This document shows positions 1 to 9,254 of a DNA stretch of 55,904 nucleotides, one piece after another. Position 1 is the stretch's first letter. Each line of letters starts with the position of its first letter. Source of the DNA: an uncultured Gammaproteobacteria bacterium (GTDB taxonomy: Bacteria > Patescibacteriota > Microgenomatia > UBA8517); NCBI GenBank assembly GCA_964502815.1, contig CAZCXV010000004.1, positions 18,150 through 74,053 of the forward strand. Direction: 5' to 3'. Below the pieces are notes generated by a model. The model searched no databases. It worked only from the letters and a program-made list of their open reading frames with translations, and was not told where the DNA came from. The translations under genes and the position numbers were made by a program.

Positions 1-657
1 TATGCCGATGTTGTCACTATGACTACCCACAAAACCTTAAGAGGTCCTAGGGGAGCTTTGATCTTTTCAAGACATGATCTTGCAGAGGCAATTGATGCAT
101 CAGTCTTTCCGGGACTTCAGGGAGGACCTCACATGCACACTATTGCAGGCATTGCCATCGCTTTGGAAAAAGCCCAAACAAGCCAATTTAATAAATATGC
201 AATTCAAACTATTAAAAATGCAAAAATACTTGGGGAGGAGCTCAAAAAGTATGGCTTTAACCTGGTAAGTGGGGGAACAGACAAGCATCTTTTGTTAATT
301 GATTTGCGCAATAAAAACCTTAGTGGTTGGTTTTTAGCTTGGGCGCTGGAAGCAGTTGGCCTTGTTGCCAACAGAAACACAGTACCAAATGACACTGGCT
401 CGCCCTACTATCCATCGGGTTTAAGACTTGGAACTCCTGCCGTAACAGTCAGGGGAATGAAAGAAAAAGAAATGAAGATTATTGCCAAATGGATATCCGA
501 CGTCACCAAATACATTGGCCCAAGGCAAATTCCAGGCAACAAAGAAGACAGAAATAGAATTTTAGTAAGTTTCAGAAAAGAAATTGAAAAGGATAAAACC
601 CTGGAAAAAATCTCGAAACAGGTAAAGGCTCTTTGCAGGAAATTTATTACCCCATAA
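1..657 (+). CDS. glyA: serine hydroxymethyltransferase, C-terminal part (5' end lies outside the window)
   Basis: The frame is open from base 1. Translation [22 protein letters not shown] contains the conserved SHMT PLP-lysine block [11 protein letters not shown]. Confidence 0.9.
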   Translation, partial: YADVVTMTTHKTLRGPRGALIFSRHDLAEAIDASVFPGLQGGPHMHTIAGIAIALEKAQTSQFNKYAIQTIKNAKILGEELKKYGFNLVSGGTDKHLLLIDLRNKNLSGWFLAWALEAVGLVANRNTVPNDTGSPYYPSGLRLGTPAVTVRGMKEKEMKIIAKWISDVTKYIGPRQIPGNKEDRNRILVSFRKEIEKDKTLEKISKQVKALCRKFITP

Positions 658-682
658 TCCTGCAGGGTCTCACCCTGCAGGA
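658..682 (+). terminator. perfect 10-bp stem hairpin after glyA (TCCTGCAGGG-tctca-CCCTGCAGGA)
   Basis: Inverted repeat read directly from the sequence. Only a 2-nt T run follows, so it may be a weak terminator or a processing structure. Confidence 0.5.
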
Positions 683-683
683 T

Positions 684-692
684 TGGTATAAT
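684..692 (+). promoter_or_regulatory. extended -10 promoter (TGgTATAAT) 8 nt upstream of the folD ATG
   Basis: TG-n-TATAAT lies at 684-692 and the ATG at 701, implying a very short or absent leader. Confidence 0.5.
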
Positions 693-700
693 ACATTTGT

Positions 701-1579
701 ATGGCACTTGAACCAATCATTTTTAACGGGCGCGAATTTGCCAAAAACAAGGAAGTGGCTTTAAAAATTAAGGTTTGGGATTTGGCTTGGCATGGCATAA
801 AGCCAAAGCTGGTCTCAATCTTAGTTGGCGATGATCCTTCAAGTAAGCTTTACACCCAATTAAAAGAAAAAAAAGCAAGACAGTTGGGCTGCGAGATGGA
901 AATATATGAAATAGGTCTAAGGCGAGACATTGGCTATATAGTTAACCTTATTAGGTTTTTAAACTCCAAAGAGGATGTTCATGGCATAATGGTTCAGCTC
1001 CCGCTTCCCAAAAGACTTGCAGGTTTTACTTCTGAGGTGGTTAAGGCAATTGGCCCCAAAAAGGATGTTGATGGACTTCGCCCCGACAGTCTTTACCTGC
1101 ACCCAACTTCCAAGGCAGTTGTTGAGATAATTGAGGAAGCAAGAAAGGTTACTTGGAAAAAGCCAATTATTAGAATTAGAGCCAGGAAAATTGATGACGT
1201 GGTTTGTGTCATTGGTGCTTCCGGCATGGTTGGTAGGCCACTAGTTAAAAAGTTGAAAGAGTTGGGCTACCCGGTTTTGGAAGCTGATAAAAATACTAAA
1301 AACTTAAAAGAAATAAGCCAGAAAGCAAAGATTTTAGTTTCGGCAACTGGAGTGCCAGGGCTAATCAAAAAAAACTTTGGCATGAAAAGGCAAATAATCG
1401 TTATCGATGTTGGTTCACCCAAGGGGGATGTCGATTTTGACAAAATAATAAAAAAATCTAAATTTATTACCCCAGTTCCTGGAGGAGTGGGACCGGTTAC
1501 CATTACTTGCCTTATTGAAAATTTGCTTGAAGCGGCATATAATACACTTAATACACAGAGTTATCAGAATTCCTCCTGA
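701..1579 (+). CDS. folD: bifunctional methylenetetrahydrofolate dehydrogenase/cyclohydrolase
   Basis: VGDDPSSKLYTQLKEKKARQLG, MVQLPLP and GVGPVT blocks are typical of FolD. It sits next to glyA. Confidence 0.9.
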   Translation: MALEPIIFNGREFAKNKEVALKIKVWDLAWHGIKPKLVSILVGDDPSSKLYTQLKEKKARQLGCEMEIYEIGLRRDIGYIVNLIRFLNSKEDVHGIMVQLPLPKRLAGFTSEVVKAIGPKKDVDGLRPDSLYLHPTSKAVVEIIEEARKVTWKKPIIRIRARKIDDVVCVIGASGMVGRPLVKKLKELGYPVLEADKNTKNLKEISQKAKILVSATGVPGLIKKNFGMKRQIIVIDVGSPKGDVDFDKIIKKSKFITPVPGGVGPVTITCLIENLLEAAYNTLNTQSYQNSS

Positions 1580-1628
1580 ATTTCTTCTGATAACCACAAG
1601 GAACTAAGGGGGAAAATTTTTTCAAGAT

Positions 1629-2396
1629 ATGAAAGCAGTAATTACACTAGAAGAATTATTGGAAGTAGGTGCCCATTTTGGCCACCAGGCGAGGCGCTGG
1701 AATCCAAAAATGGAGCCTTACTTGTATGGCGTAAAAGATGGAGTACATGTTTTTGATCTTGCCAAAACCAAGATAGCTTTGGAAGAAGCACTGACAGTCT
1801 TGGAAAAATATACCAAAGAAGGCAAGGAAATACTTTTAGTTGGTACTAAAAAGCAAGCCAAAGACAAAGTGGCCGAAATTGGCTTAAAAACAGGCATTCA
1901 CTATATCAATGAAAGATGGTTGGGGGGGACTTTGACAAACTTTAACCAAATCCTAAACTCAGTTAGGAAGCTGATTGATATTGAGGAAGGTTTTAAGTCT
2001 GGAAAATTCAATACCTACACCAAAAAAGAAAGGCTTCTACTTGAAAGAGATGCGGAGAAATTGAGAAAAAACTTTGGTGGTATTAGAAATCTTAGCCAAA
2101 AGCCGGATCTTTTGGTTATTATGGACACCCACAAAGAAGATGGAGCAGTTAAGGAAGCCACCAGGTTGGGTATTGCCACTATTGGTGTAGTTGATTCCAA
2201 CTCCGATCCGTCAGCTGTAGATTACCCGATCCCGATGAATGACGATGCTTCCAAATCGGTCGAATATGTTTTGTCACTAATTGAACAAGTAGTTATGGAT
2301 GCCAAAGGTATGAAGGCAGAGAAGACTGAAGCCAAAGAAAAGAAACTAAAGACAAAAAAGATGGAAGCAAAGGAGAAAATCAATGTTGCAAATTAA
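1629..2396 (+). CDS. rpsB: 30S ribosomal protein S2
   Basis: LLEVGAHFGHQARRWNPKM N-terminus and conserved rpsB-tsf order. Confidence 0.95.
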   Translation: MKAVITLEELLEVGAHFGHQARRWNPKMEPYLYGVKDGVHVFDLAKTKIALEEALTVLEKYTKEGKEILLVGTKKQAKDKVAEIGLKTGIHYINERWLGGTLTNFNQILNSVRKLIDIEEGFKSGKFNTYTKKERLLLERDAEKLRKNFGGIRNLSQKPDLLVIMDTHKEDGAVKEATRLGIATIGVVDSNSDPSAVDYPIPMNDDASKSVEYVLSLIEQVVMDAKGMKAEKTEAKEKKLKTKKMEAKEKINVAN

Positions 2397-2844
2397 TGTT
2401 GAACTTCTGAAAAAACTGCGTGAAGAGACTGGAGCTCCTATTATGAGAGTTAAGCAGGTACTCGAAGAGCAAAAAGGTGATAACAAGAAAGCTTTAGAAA
2501 TTCTTCGCAAGGAAGGCTTTGAAAAAGCAGCCAAAAAGACAGACAGGGTAACGGGCCAAGGAAAAGTATTTTCCTATCTTCACCACTCAGGAAAGATTGG
2601 CTCGATGGTTGAGATTATGTGCGAAACCGACTTTGTTGCTAGAAATGAGCTGTTTGAAGAACTTGGAAAAAACCTGGCCATGCAGATAGCTTCTTTGGAC
2701 GCAAAAGACTTAAAAGAGTTAAAAGATCAGGACTTCATCAAGGATTCTTCAAAAAAGGTAGAGGATCTGGTCAAAGAAGTAATTGCCAAAACCGGCGAGA
2801 ATGTTCAAATCGGCAAATTTGTCAGATTTGAACTTGGTAAATAG
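2383..2844 (+). CDS. tsf: elongation factor Ts (short form, 153 aa)
   Basis: N-terminal LLKKLREETGAPIMRVKQVLEE (UBA-like EF-Tu-binding domain) and TDFVARN motif. It follows rpsB and overlaps it by 14 nt. Confidence 0.85.
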   Translation: MLQINVELLKKLREETGAPIMRVKQVLEEQKGDNKKALEILRKEGFEKAAKKTDRVTGQGKVFSYLHHSGKIGSMVEIMCETDFVARNELFEELGKNLAMQIASLDAKDLKELKDQDFIKDSSKKVEDLVKEVIAKTGENVQIGKFVRFELGK

Positions 2845-2862
2845 TAAGCTATAATGATTTAG

Positions 2863-3417
2863 ATGGATGAACAGCAAGTAAAACAAAGAATGCAGTCTGC
2901 AGTAGACGTTACTGCCACAGATATTTCAAGTATTAGAACAGGCAGAGCAACTCCAGCATTAGTCGAAAACATCATGGTTCCAGCTTATGGTGGAACTCAA
3001 AGGCTAAGAGTAATGGAGTTGGCTTCAATTACTGTTCCAGATCCAAATTCTTTGTTAATTGATCCTTGGGACAAATCAATTCTTGGAGATATTCGAAAAG
3101 GCATTTTGGAAGCAAATGTTGGCCTAAATCCCACGGTAGGTGAGGGAAATTTACGAATCACTATTGCCCAAATGACCACAGAAGATAGAGAAAAGTTTGT
3201 TAAACTTCTTTCAGGCAAGCTTGAAAACGGTAAAGTAATGATTAGGCAAGTAAGGGGTGACTTTATGCAGACAATCAAAAAAGGCTATGAAGACAAATCA
3301 CTTACTGAAGATGAAAAATTTGCAAAAGAAAAAAAGCTCCAAGCCTTCACAGATGAATACATTAAGAAATTAGAAGATATTGGGGACAAGAAAAAACACG
3401 AGCTTCTCAGTTTGTGA
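2863..3417 (+). CDS. frr: ribosome recycling factor
   Basis: SSIRTGRATPALVENIMV and later RRD-like blocks, with position after tsf. Confidence 0.9.
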   Translation: MDEQQVKQRMQSAVDVTATDISSIRTGRATPALVENIMVPAYGGTQRLRVMELASITVPDPNSLLIDPWDKSILGDIRKGILEANVGLNPTVGEGNLRITIAQMTTEDREKFVKLLSGKLENGKVMIRQVRGDFMQTIKKGYEDKSLTEDEKFAKEKKLQAFTDEYIKKLEDIGDKKKHELLSL

Positions 3418-3438
3418 TCCTTTATGCTACACTTCTGA

Positions 3439-4557
3439 ATGATGAATTTGATTTTTTTAATTCTTCTTTCAATTGTTGTTCTTTCAGTTTTAGTTGTCAT
3501 TCATGAATTTGGCCATTTTATGGTTGCCAAAAAGAGTGGAGTTTTGGTTGAAGAATTTGGCATCGGTTTACCACCTAGACTTTGGAGTAAAAAGATAGGG
3601 GAGACCTTGTATTCTATTAACGCAATCCCTTTAGGGGGTTTTGTCAGGCTGCACGGCGAAACCGGTAGCGACACGATTTTTGACCCAAATAGAGCATTTA
3701 TTAATAAAAACCCAATTCTAAAGTCACTAATCATTATTGCCGGTATTGTCATGAATTTTGTTTTTGGCATTTTATGTTTCTCAATTGTCTACTCGGTTAC
3801 CGGCATTCCTGAAATAAAGCCCTTGGATCATGTTGAAATTGTTGAAGTAACAGCTGGAAGCCCGGCTCAGACTGCAGGCTTGTTATCTGGTGATGTTTTA
3901 AAAACCTTAAATGACAAAAGTATTGTAACAGATGAGGAGTTTATCAAAACCATTGGCGAAAACCGGGGAAAAAAGATTAACTTAGTACTTTTGAGAAATG
4001 ATCAGGAAGTAAAAATAACCACCACCTTAAAAGATGTTCCTCCTCAGGAAGGCTCTTTGGGGGTAGTTATTAGAGATTCAGTCGAAACGACTTATTTTGC
4101 CCCTCTCTGGAAAAGGCCGATAGTCGGCGCTTACTACGGCGTAAAGCAATCAATTGATCTATCTAAGGCTATTTTTTTTGGTCTAGGAAATGTTGCTCAG
4201 GAAGCAGGTCAGGGCAAGATTCCTCAAGGCGTTGCTGGCCCTATAAAATTATTTGCGATTATTGCCTACTTTATTCAATCGGGTTTACTGATGACTATTA
4301 GCTTGATGGGGATTATTTCTATCAACTTGGCCATATTTAATGTTTTGCCAATTCCACCTTTAGATGGCTCGAGACTTTTGGTAATAATTTTGGAAAGCAT
4401 TTTTGGCAAGAAAATGCATCCAAAAATTGAAAATTTTGTCAACACATTTGGTATGGTTATGCTCTTGGCGCTCGTTGTCTTAGTTTCAACCAGAGAAATC
4501 CCCGAACTCATTCGCGCCGGCTCGCTTGCAAAATTTGTCGAAAGCATTGTAAAATAG
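3439..4557 (+). CDS. rseP: RIP metalloprotease RseP (M50 site-2 protease with PDZ domain)
   Basis: HEFGHFMVAK zinc motif in TM1, central PDZ-like segment, C-terminal LPIPPLDGSRL motif. Confidence 0.85.
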   Translation: MMNLIFLILLSIVVLSVLVVIHEFGHFMVAKKSGVLVEEFGIGLPPRLWSKKIGETLYSINAIPLGGFVRLHGETGSDTIFDPNRAFINKNPILKSLIIIAGIVMNFVFGILCFSIVYSVTGIPEIKPLDHVEIVEVTAGSPAQTAGLLSGDVLKTLNDKSIVTDEEFIKTIGENRGKKINLVLLRNDQEVKITTTLKDVPPQEGSLGVVIRDSVETTYFAPLWKRPIVGAYYGVKQSIDLSKAIFFGLGNVAQEAGQGKIPQGVAGPIKLFAIIAYFIQSGLLMTISLMGIISINLAIFNVLPIPPLDGSRLLVIILESIFGKKMHPKIENFVNTFGMVMLLALVVLVSTREIPELIRAGSLAKFVESIVK

Positions 4558-4565
4558 GTCTCCTA

Positions 4566-6332
4566 ATGACGAGAAAGCTAATCGCTGTCGTTTTTGCCCT
4601 TCTTGCCTTCAACATAATCTTTTTTCCATTCCAGAAGAAATTTTTTGGCAGCTTAATTTTTCCTAACCTTGGAAGTGTTGGCTTTTTTACCTTTATCTTA
4701 GCTTTTCAAGTTTTTCAGTATCTTTCCCACTACAACAACAAAAATGAAGCCAAGAATAAATCAGCAATTGCCCTGTCTGTTACCGCGGTGATCTTAGCCG
4801 GTTTTTCAGTTTTCAGAACCAGCATGGTAGACATATTTGTTTTTGATTTTTTCTCTCTTACGGCAAGTATGTTGTCTTTGTACACACTTTGCCTGGAAAA
4901 GGAAAAATCCATCACGAGCATTTTTGAAATTGCTTTTTCACCAATTATTCTTTTCTTTGAAGGCTTCAAAGGTTTTGCCAGAGGGCTTGTAGCTCTTAAG
5001 GCTTTGCCCAAGTTACGATTCGGCAAATTCCTAAATGGGGGAGTAGTCAATATTTTTCTAGGGATAATCCTGGGTATTCCTGTGGTACTTCTTATCACTA
5101 CACTTTTGTCATCGGCTGATCCCATCTTTTCAAAAATCCTTACCAATGCCATTAACTTAAAAAACTTTCCTTGGTGGTTTATTAACGGGGGAATGTCAAG
5201 AGTGATCTACTCAGTCTTTTTCTTAATGGGTGTTTTGTCTTTGATCTATCTGATAGTCAAAAGGTACCCTGGTGAAGAAAAATTTGATTACAATCTCCAC
5301 TTTGTAAACTTGTCCGAGCGAAAATCAGCTTTTGTATTTTTGTCTATTGTAGCCATGATCTCTTTTGTTCTAGCAGCTTATCTGATTGTTGATTTCCCCT
5401 ACCTTTTTGCAGATGTGCCTGAAACTGAACTTATTAAGTATGGCGTCAACAATCTTTCAGAGTATGTCACTAAAGGCTTCAATGAATTAATTGTTGTTTC
5501 AGTCATTGTTTATCTGACAGCCAGTGTTTCAGTCTTTGTCTATAAAATGGGTGGCCGCGGGGCCAAGCTTCTTAAATGGTTTAATGTTTTCCTTCTTTCT
5601 GAAACGGTAGTCTTTATTTTCTCCATCTTTAGGAGAGTGGCTATTTATCAGGAAACCCACGGCTTAACCAGAGTTAGGATTTATGGTTCTGTCTTTTTGG
5701 CAGGCCTAACCATCTGGACAGTAATATTAATCTTAAGGCACTGGCAAAAAATCAAAAAATGGTTTTGGTATGAACTCTCGGTTTTTGCAGTTCTTTGTTT
5801 GACCGTCTTTTTTGTCAAACCCGACTATATTATTGCAAACAAATTTAAGCCAACGGTCAACAAGGAAATTGATTATGTGTATATCTCAAGATTGTCACCT
5901 GAAGCCGTTGATGGCTGGATAGTAGGCTATAAAGATGCAGTGGAAAAAATTAACAAACTGTCTAAAAAAGACAGAAGTACTTGGAGTCAGGAAGACGAAA
6001 GACTTGGCTACTATGCTTTCCTTACCCTAAATATTTTACGAAACAGCACTAAAAAGTTAGCCCTAAAGTACGGTACAGCCGAAGACATTTTTAATGCCAA
6101 GGCAACCTATGGCCTGCCAAAGCCCGCGCCTGATATTAAAGTCGTAAATTTTACTGAGAAATGGGCCTTTGAGAAAATAAAGATCGAAATAGGAATTAAA
6201 AACCTAATTGACCAAGAAGAAAAAGCTTACAACCTTCTTTATAACGGTTACTCCAGCCCAAGAAGCATTAATCAAAACTTTGACAGATCTCTAAGATCCC
6301 CACTCCTAAAGAATGTTGAAATAGTACGCTAA
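4566..6332 (+). CDS. polytopic membrane protein of unknown function
   Basis: Long ORF with many hydrophobic helices and no catalytic motif that I recognise. Confidence 0.5.
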   Translation: MTRKLIAVVFALLAFNIIFFPFQKKFFGSLIFPNLGSVGFFTFILAFQVFQYLSHYNNKNEAKNKSAIALSVTAVILAGFSVFRTSMVDIFVFDFFSLTASMLSLYTLCLEKEKSITSIFEIAFSPIILFFEGFKGFARGLVALKALPKLRFGKFLNGGVVNIFLGIILGIPVVLLITTLLSSADPIFSKILTNAINLKNFPWWFINGGMSRVIYSVFFLMGVLSLIYLIVKRYPGEEKFDYNLHFVNLSERKSAFVFLSIVAMISFVLAAYLIVDFPYLFADVPETELIKYGVNNLSEYVTKGFNELIVVSVIVYLTASVSVFVYKMGGRGAKLLKWFNVFLLSETVVFIFSIFRRVAIYQETHGLTRVRIYGSVFLAGLTIWTVILILRHWQKIKKWFWYELSVFAVLCLTVFFVKPDYIIANKFKPTVNKEIDYVYISRLSPEAVDGWIVGYKDAVEKINKLSKKDRSTWSQEDERLGYYAFLTLNILRNSTKKLALKYGTAEDIFNAKATYGLPKPAPDIKVVNFTEKWAFEKIKIEIGIKNLIDQEEKAYNLLYNGYSSPRSINQNFDRSLRSPLLKNVEIVR

Positions 6333-6383
6333 CCTGCAGTGTAGCAAGTGAGTATAGGAATTTGCTAAACTACTAGAGATAGA

Positions 6384-7607
6384 ATGAAATATTCACAAAG
6401 TTATTTTAAAACTCTAAGAGAACCGCCAAAGGATGCGGATACCATAAACCATAAGCTTTTGGTCCAGGCAGGCTTTGTCAGGCAACTGATGGCTGGAGTT
6501 TACACCTACCTTCCTCTAGGTCTACGGGTCTTAAATAAAATTTCTCAAGTTACTCGCGAAGAAATGAATGCCATCGGTGGCCAAGAAATTTTAATGCCCC
6601 TTTTGCATCCATCGGCGATTTGGAAGCAAACGGGAGGTTGGGATGGTGTGGATGTTCTTTTTAAGCTCCAAAGCCGAACCGGGAAAGAATATGCTCTGGC
6701 TCAAAGTCATGAAGAGTCAATGTCTCCCTTGGCGAAAGAAGTAATCCATACTTATAAAGATTTACCTTTGGCTGTCTATCATATTCAGTGGAAGTTTAGA
6801 GATGAGCTAAGATCAAAATCGGGTATTTTGCGCGGAAGAGAATTTTTGATGAAAGATTTATACAGTTTCCATGTTGACCAGGAAGACTTCGAAAGATACT
6901 ACCAGAAAGCAAAAGAGGCATACTTAAAAGTGTTCAATCGTTTAGGCTTAGTTGCTAAAGTAACTGAAGCTTCAGGTGGGTCTTTCAGTGAAAAAATATC
7001 ATACGAGTTTGAGGTTCTAACTGATGCAGGAGAAGCAAACATTCTTTATTGTAATTCCTGTGACTACTGTGTAAATGTGGATGATATTACAACTTATAAA
7101 GAAGGAGACATGTGTCCAACTTGTAAAAAAGACAAACTACAGCCAGCAAAAGCAGCTGAAGTTGGCAATGTTTTTGATTTGGGACATAAATATGTCAAGG
7201 CTTTTGATGTAACTTTTATAGACAAAGATGGCCAAAAGAGATATCCAATAATGGGTTGCTACGGCTTAGGAATATCTAGAACCATGGGAGTGATTGTAGA
7301 AAAATTCCATGACGCCAAAGGCATAATCTGGCCAAAGGAAATAGCTCCTTTTCAAGTTCATCTAATTGGCTTAAACGGCAAAGGGGAGGAAGAATACAAA
7401 AAACTAGAAGCTGCAGGCATAGAAGTTATGTTTGATGATACAGATTCCTCTGCAGGAGAAAAGTTTGCAAATGCAGACCTTATTGGCATCCCAGTTAGAC
7501 TAGTAGTTTCAGACAAAACAGGGAAAAAAATAGAATGGAAAGAAAGGACTTTTGATAGTACAGACCTTTTATCTGTCGATGAGGTTGTAACTAGGGCATT
7601 TTCCTGA
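6384..7607 (+). CDS. proS: prolyl-tRNA synthetase, bacterial-type N-terminus, INS editing domain absent
   Basis: MKYSQSYFKTLREPPKDADTINHKLLVQAGFVRQL and class II motifs (FRDELRSKSGILRGREF, GCYGLGISR). It is only 407 aa. Confidence 0.9.
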   Translation: MKYSQSYFKTLREPPKDADTINHKLLVQAGFVRQLMAGVYTYLPLGLRVLNKISQVTREEMNAIGGQEILMPLLHPSAIWKQTGGWDGVDVLFKLQSRTGKEYALAQSHEESMSPLAKEVIHTYKDLPLAVYHIQWKFRDELRSKSGILRGREFLMKDLYSFHVDQEDFERYYQKAKEAYLKVFNRLGLVAKVTEASGGSFSEKISYEFEVLTDAGEANILYCNSCDYCVNVDDITTYKEGDMCPTCKKDKLQPAKAAEVGNVFDLGHKYVKAFDVTFIDKDGQKRYPIMGCYGLGISRTMGVIVEKFHDAKGIIWPKEIAPFQVHLIGLNGKGEEEYKKLEAAGIEVMFDDTDSSAGEKFANADLIGIPVRLVVSDKTGKKIEWKERTFDSTDLLSVDEVVTRAFS

Positions 7608-7655
7608 GATCGAGATTTGACTTTTGGTACTCCAAGGCGTGAAAATCATAGAAGT

Positions 7656-7684
7656 TTGACAAAACACCTTATATCTTATAGTAT
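7656..7684 (+). promoter_or_regulatory. sigma70-like promoter TTGACA-N17-TAGTAT ending 6 nt before the ATG at 7691
   Basis: Hexamers and spacing read directly. The geometry predicts a leaderless mRNA. Confidence 0.5.
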
Positions 7685-7690
7685 TCTGTC

Positions 7691-7942
7691 ATGTCAATAG
7701 AAAGAACTAGTGTAAATTCCAGTGACCGGGAGGCTGTATTACATAGAATGTACGGCAATGTTGGTGTTGGTTCTGTCGGCTGCGAACAACTTAGTGTGGA
7801 TCATGAAATCCAAACCAATGCACAAATTCTTAATAATGCTGTGCTGGAGTTAGAAACAACACTAAAAGCCATACAAAAGGGCGAGGAATATAAGATCGGT
7901 GAATATTCCGCTCTGAGAGATGTAACCCACAAGATTTGGTAG
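7691..7942 (+). CDS. hypothetical protein (83 aa)
   Basis: ORF directly downstream of a strong promoter-like element. No recognisable domain. Confidence 0.4.
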   Translation: MSIERTSVNSSDREAVLHRMYGNVGVGSVGCEQLSVDHEIQTNAQILNNAVLELETTLKAIQKGEEYKIGEYSALRDVTHKIW

Positions 7943-8529
7943 TAGAACTTCACATTAAAGCGCTTCTAGAAGGATTTAGGTCAATCCTGCCAGACAACAA
8001 AATCAAAAGATATGATTCTATTTTGCAAAAACATGGAATATCAATATCTCTACCAAAATATCAGTATGAATCTTTGTCTATAGCCACTAGCATTAAGAGG
8101 AAGATGGAGCAGGAAGGTCGTACGATACCTCGTCTTCTTGAAATGAAGGCTTTCGAATTAGCTATTACTTTTGGAGTTTGGAAATCTACCTATACACACA
8201 AGCCCGTTGTTGAAGTATTGACAAACCTCTCAGAGAACTATAGTATCAAGAATAGAATGAACAATGATAGTGGTGAGAGTCTAAATACTGTTGACCCAGT
8301 TGCACGTTTAGAGCCAGTTGGACCAGGACAACAAAAATCGGCTAGTTCAGGAAACTTGGGAATGCCGTTGACTTCTTCTAGCGAGAAGCCATTTGGTAAA
8401 TACGATATGCCTGAAATATCTTTGGACGAACTAGAGCCTGGAGAAATTAGAGGAAGGATTAATGTGCTTCTCGATCAACTTGTTGTTAGAGCTCAGAGAC
8501 AAAATGCTCCTCAACCTGAGAAGGTTTAG
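7936..8529 (+). CDS. hypothetical protein (197 aa)
   Basis: ORF overlapping the previous one by 7 nt, which suggests translational coupling. No recognisable domain. Confidence 0.4.
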   Translation: MVVELHIKALLEGFRSILPDNKIKRYDSILQKHGISISLPKYQYESLSIATSIKRKMEQEGRTIPRLLEMKAFELAITFGVWKSTYTHKPVVEVLTNLSENYSIKNRMNNDSGESLNTVDPVARLEPVGPGQQKSASSGNLGMPLTSSSEKPFGKYDMPEISLDELEPGEIRGRINVLLDQLVVRAQRQNAPQPEKV

Positions 8530-8905
8530 TTTCACCTACTATGTCAGTACTTTTCTTTTTGGGATAGGTTATTGTATCGCTAGCAATAGATTTTCTTCTC
8601 GCTTCTAGGTTGGTCTCGATTATTATTCCTTCAATTGTCGTTTTGGGTTTCAATGTTTCAGCATACCAAATTGTAAAATGACACAGTTTCTTTCTCAGAC
8701 TCTCTAAATTTAATTGGTCGATTATTTCTCTATCTTCAGGAAGATGAAAACTATGAATTGTTTGTTCCTTATCTTTAAAGTCATTACCTGTTTGTATGCC
8801 CCTGATTTCATAGATATTTGCTGATGTTTTTATCACCATTCCAATAAAATTATTTATTCGTTCTGGCATATTTTGAATTCTAACACCTAAAGATGAGATT
8901 TGCAT
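8486..8905 (-). CDS. hypothetical protein (139 aa)
   Basis: Convergent ORF whose 3' end overlaps the previous ORF by 44 nt. No recognisable domain. Confidence 0.35.
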   Translation of the reverse strand: MQISSLGVRIQNMPERINNFIGMVIKTSANIYEIRGIQTGNDFKDKEQTIHSFHLPEDREIIDQLNLESLRKKLCHFTIWYAETLKPKTTIEGIIIETNLEARRKSIASDTITYPKKKSTDIVGETKPSQVEEHFVSEL

Positions 8906-8935
8906 AAGTTTGTGTGTAACCTGTAAACTACATCC

Positions 8936-9253
8936 ATGGAAGATTGTATTTTTTGCAAAATTGTAAAAAAGGAGATTCCATCCGATATTATCACCGAGAC
9001 AGAAGACTTACTGGTTTTTAAGGATCTTCATCCAGCTTTCCCAGTTCATTATCTTATTGCCACCAAAAAACACTATAAAGATGTTTTTGAAATTGAAGAT
9101 GGAGTTTTGGATGTTGTCAGAAGGCTTGCTCTAAAGATTCAAAAAGATGAAGACTTAGATGGCTTTAGACTTGCAATTAATGCGGGTAGCTATCCACGAG
9201 TAGCTCATTTTCATGCCCATTTTCATAGTAAAATACCTACTGAAGAACAATAA
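8936..9253 (+). CDS. HIT-family (histidine triad) protein
   Basis: N-terminal CIFCKIV and C-terminal histidine triad HFHAHFH. Confidence 0.85.
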   Translation: MEDCIFCKIVKKEIPSDIITETEDLLVFKDLHPAFPVHYLIATKKHYKDVFEIEDGVLDVVRRLALKIQKDEDLDGFRLAINAGSYPRVAHFHAHFHSKIPTEEQ

Positions 9254-9254
9254 A

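Noticed and set aside
4730-5152. 140-aa minus-strand ORF
   Set aside because: It is antisense to the 588-aa membrane-protein ORF. The same reasoning applies to the shorter antisense ORFs elsewhere in the track, for example 52498-52935 against the DksA-like gene and 25108-25467 against the large orphan gene.
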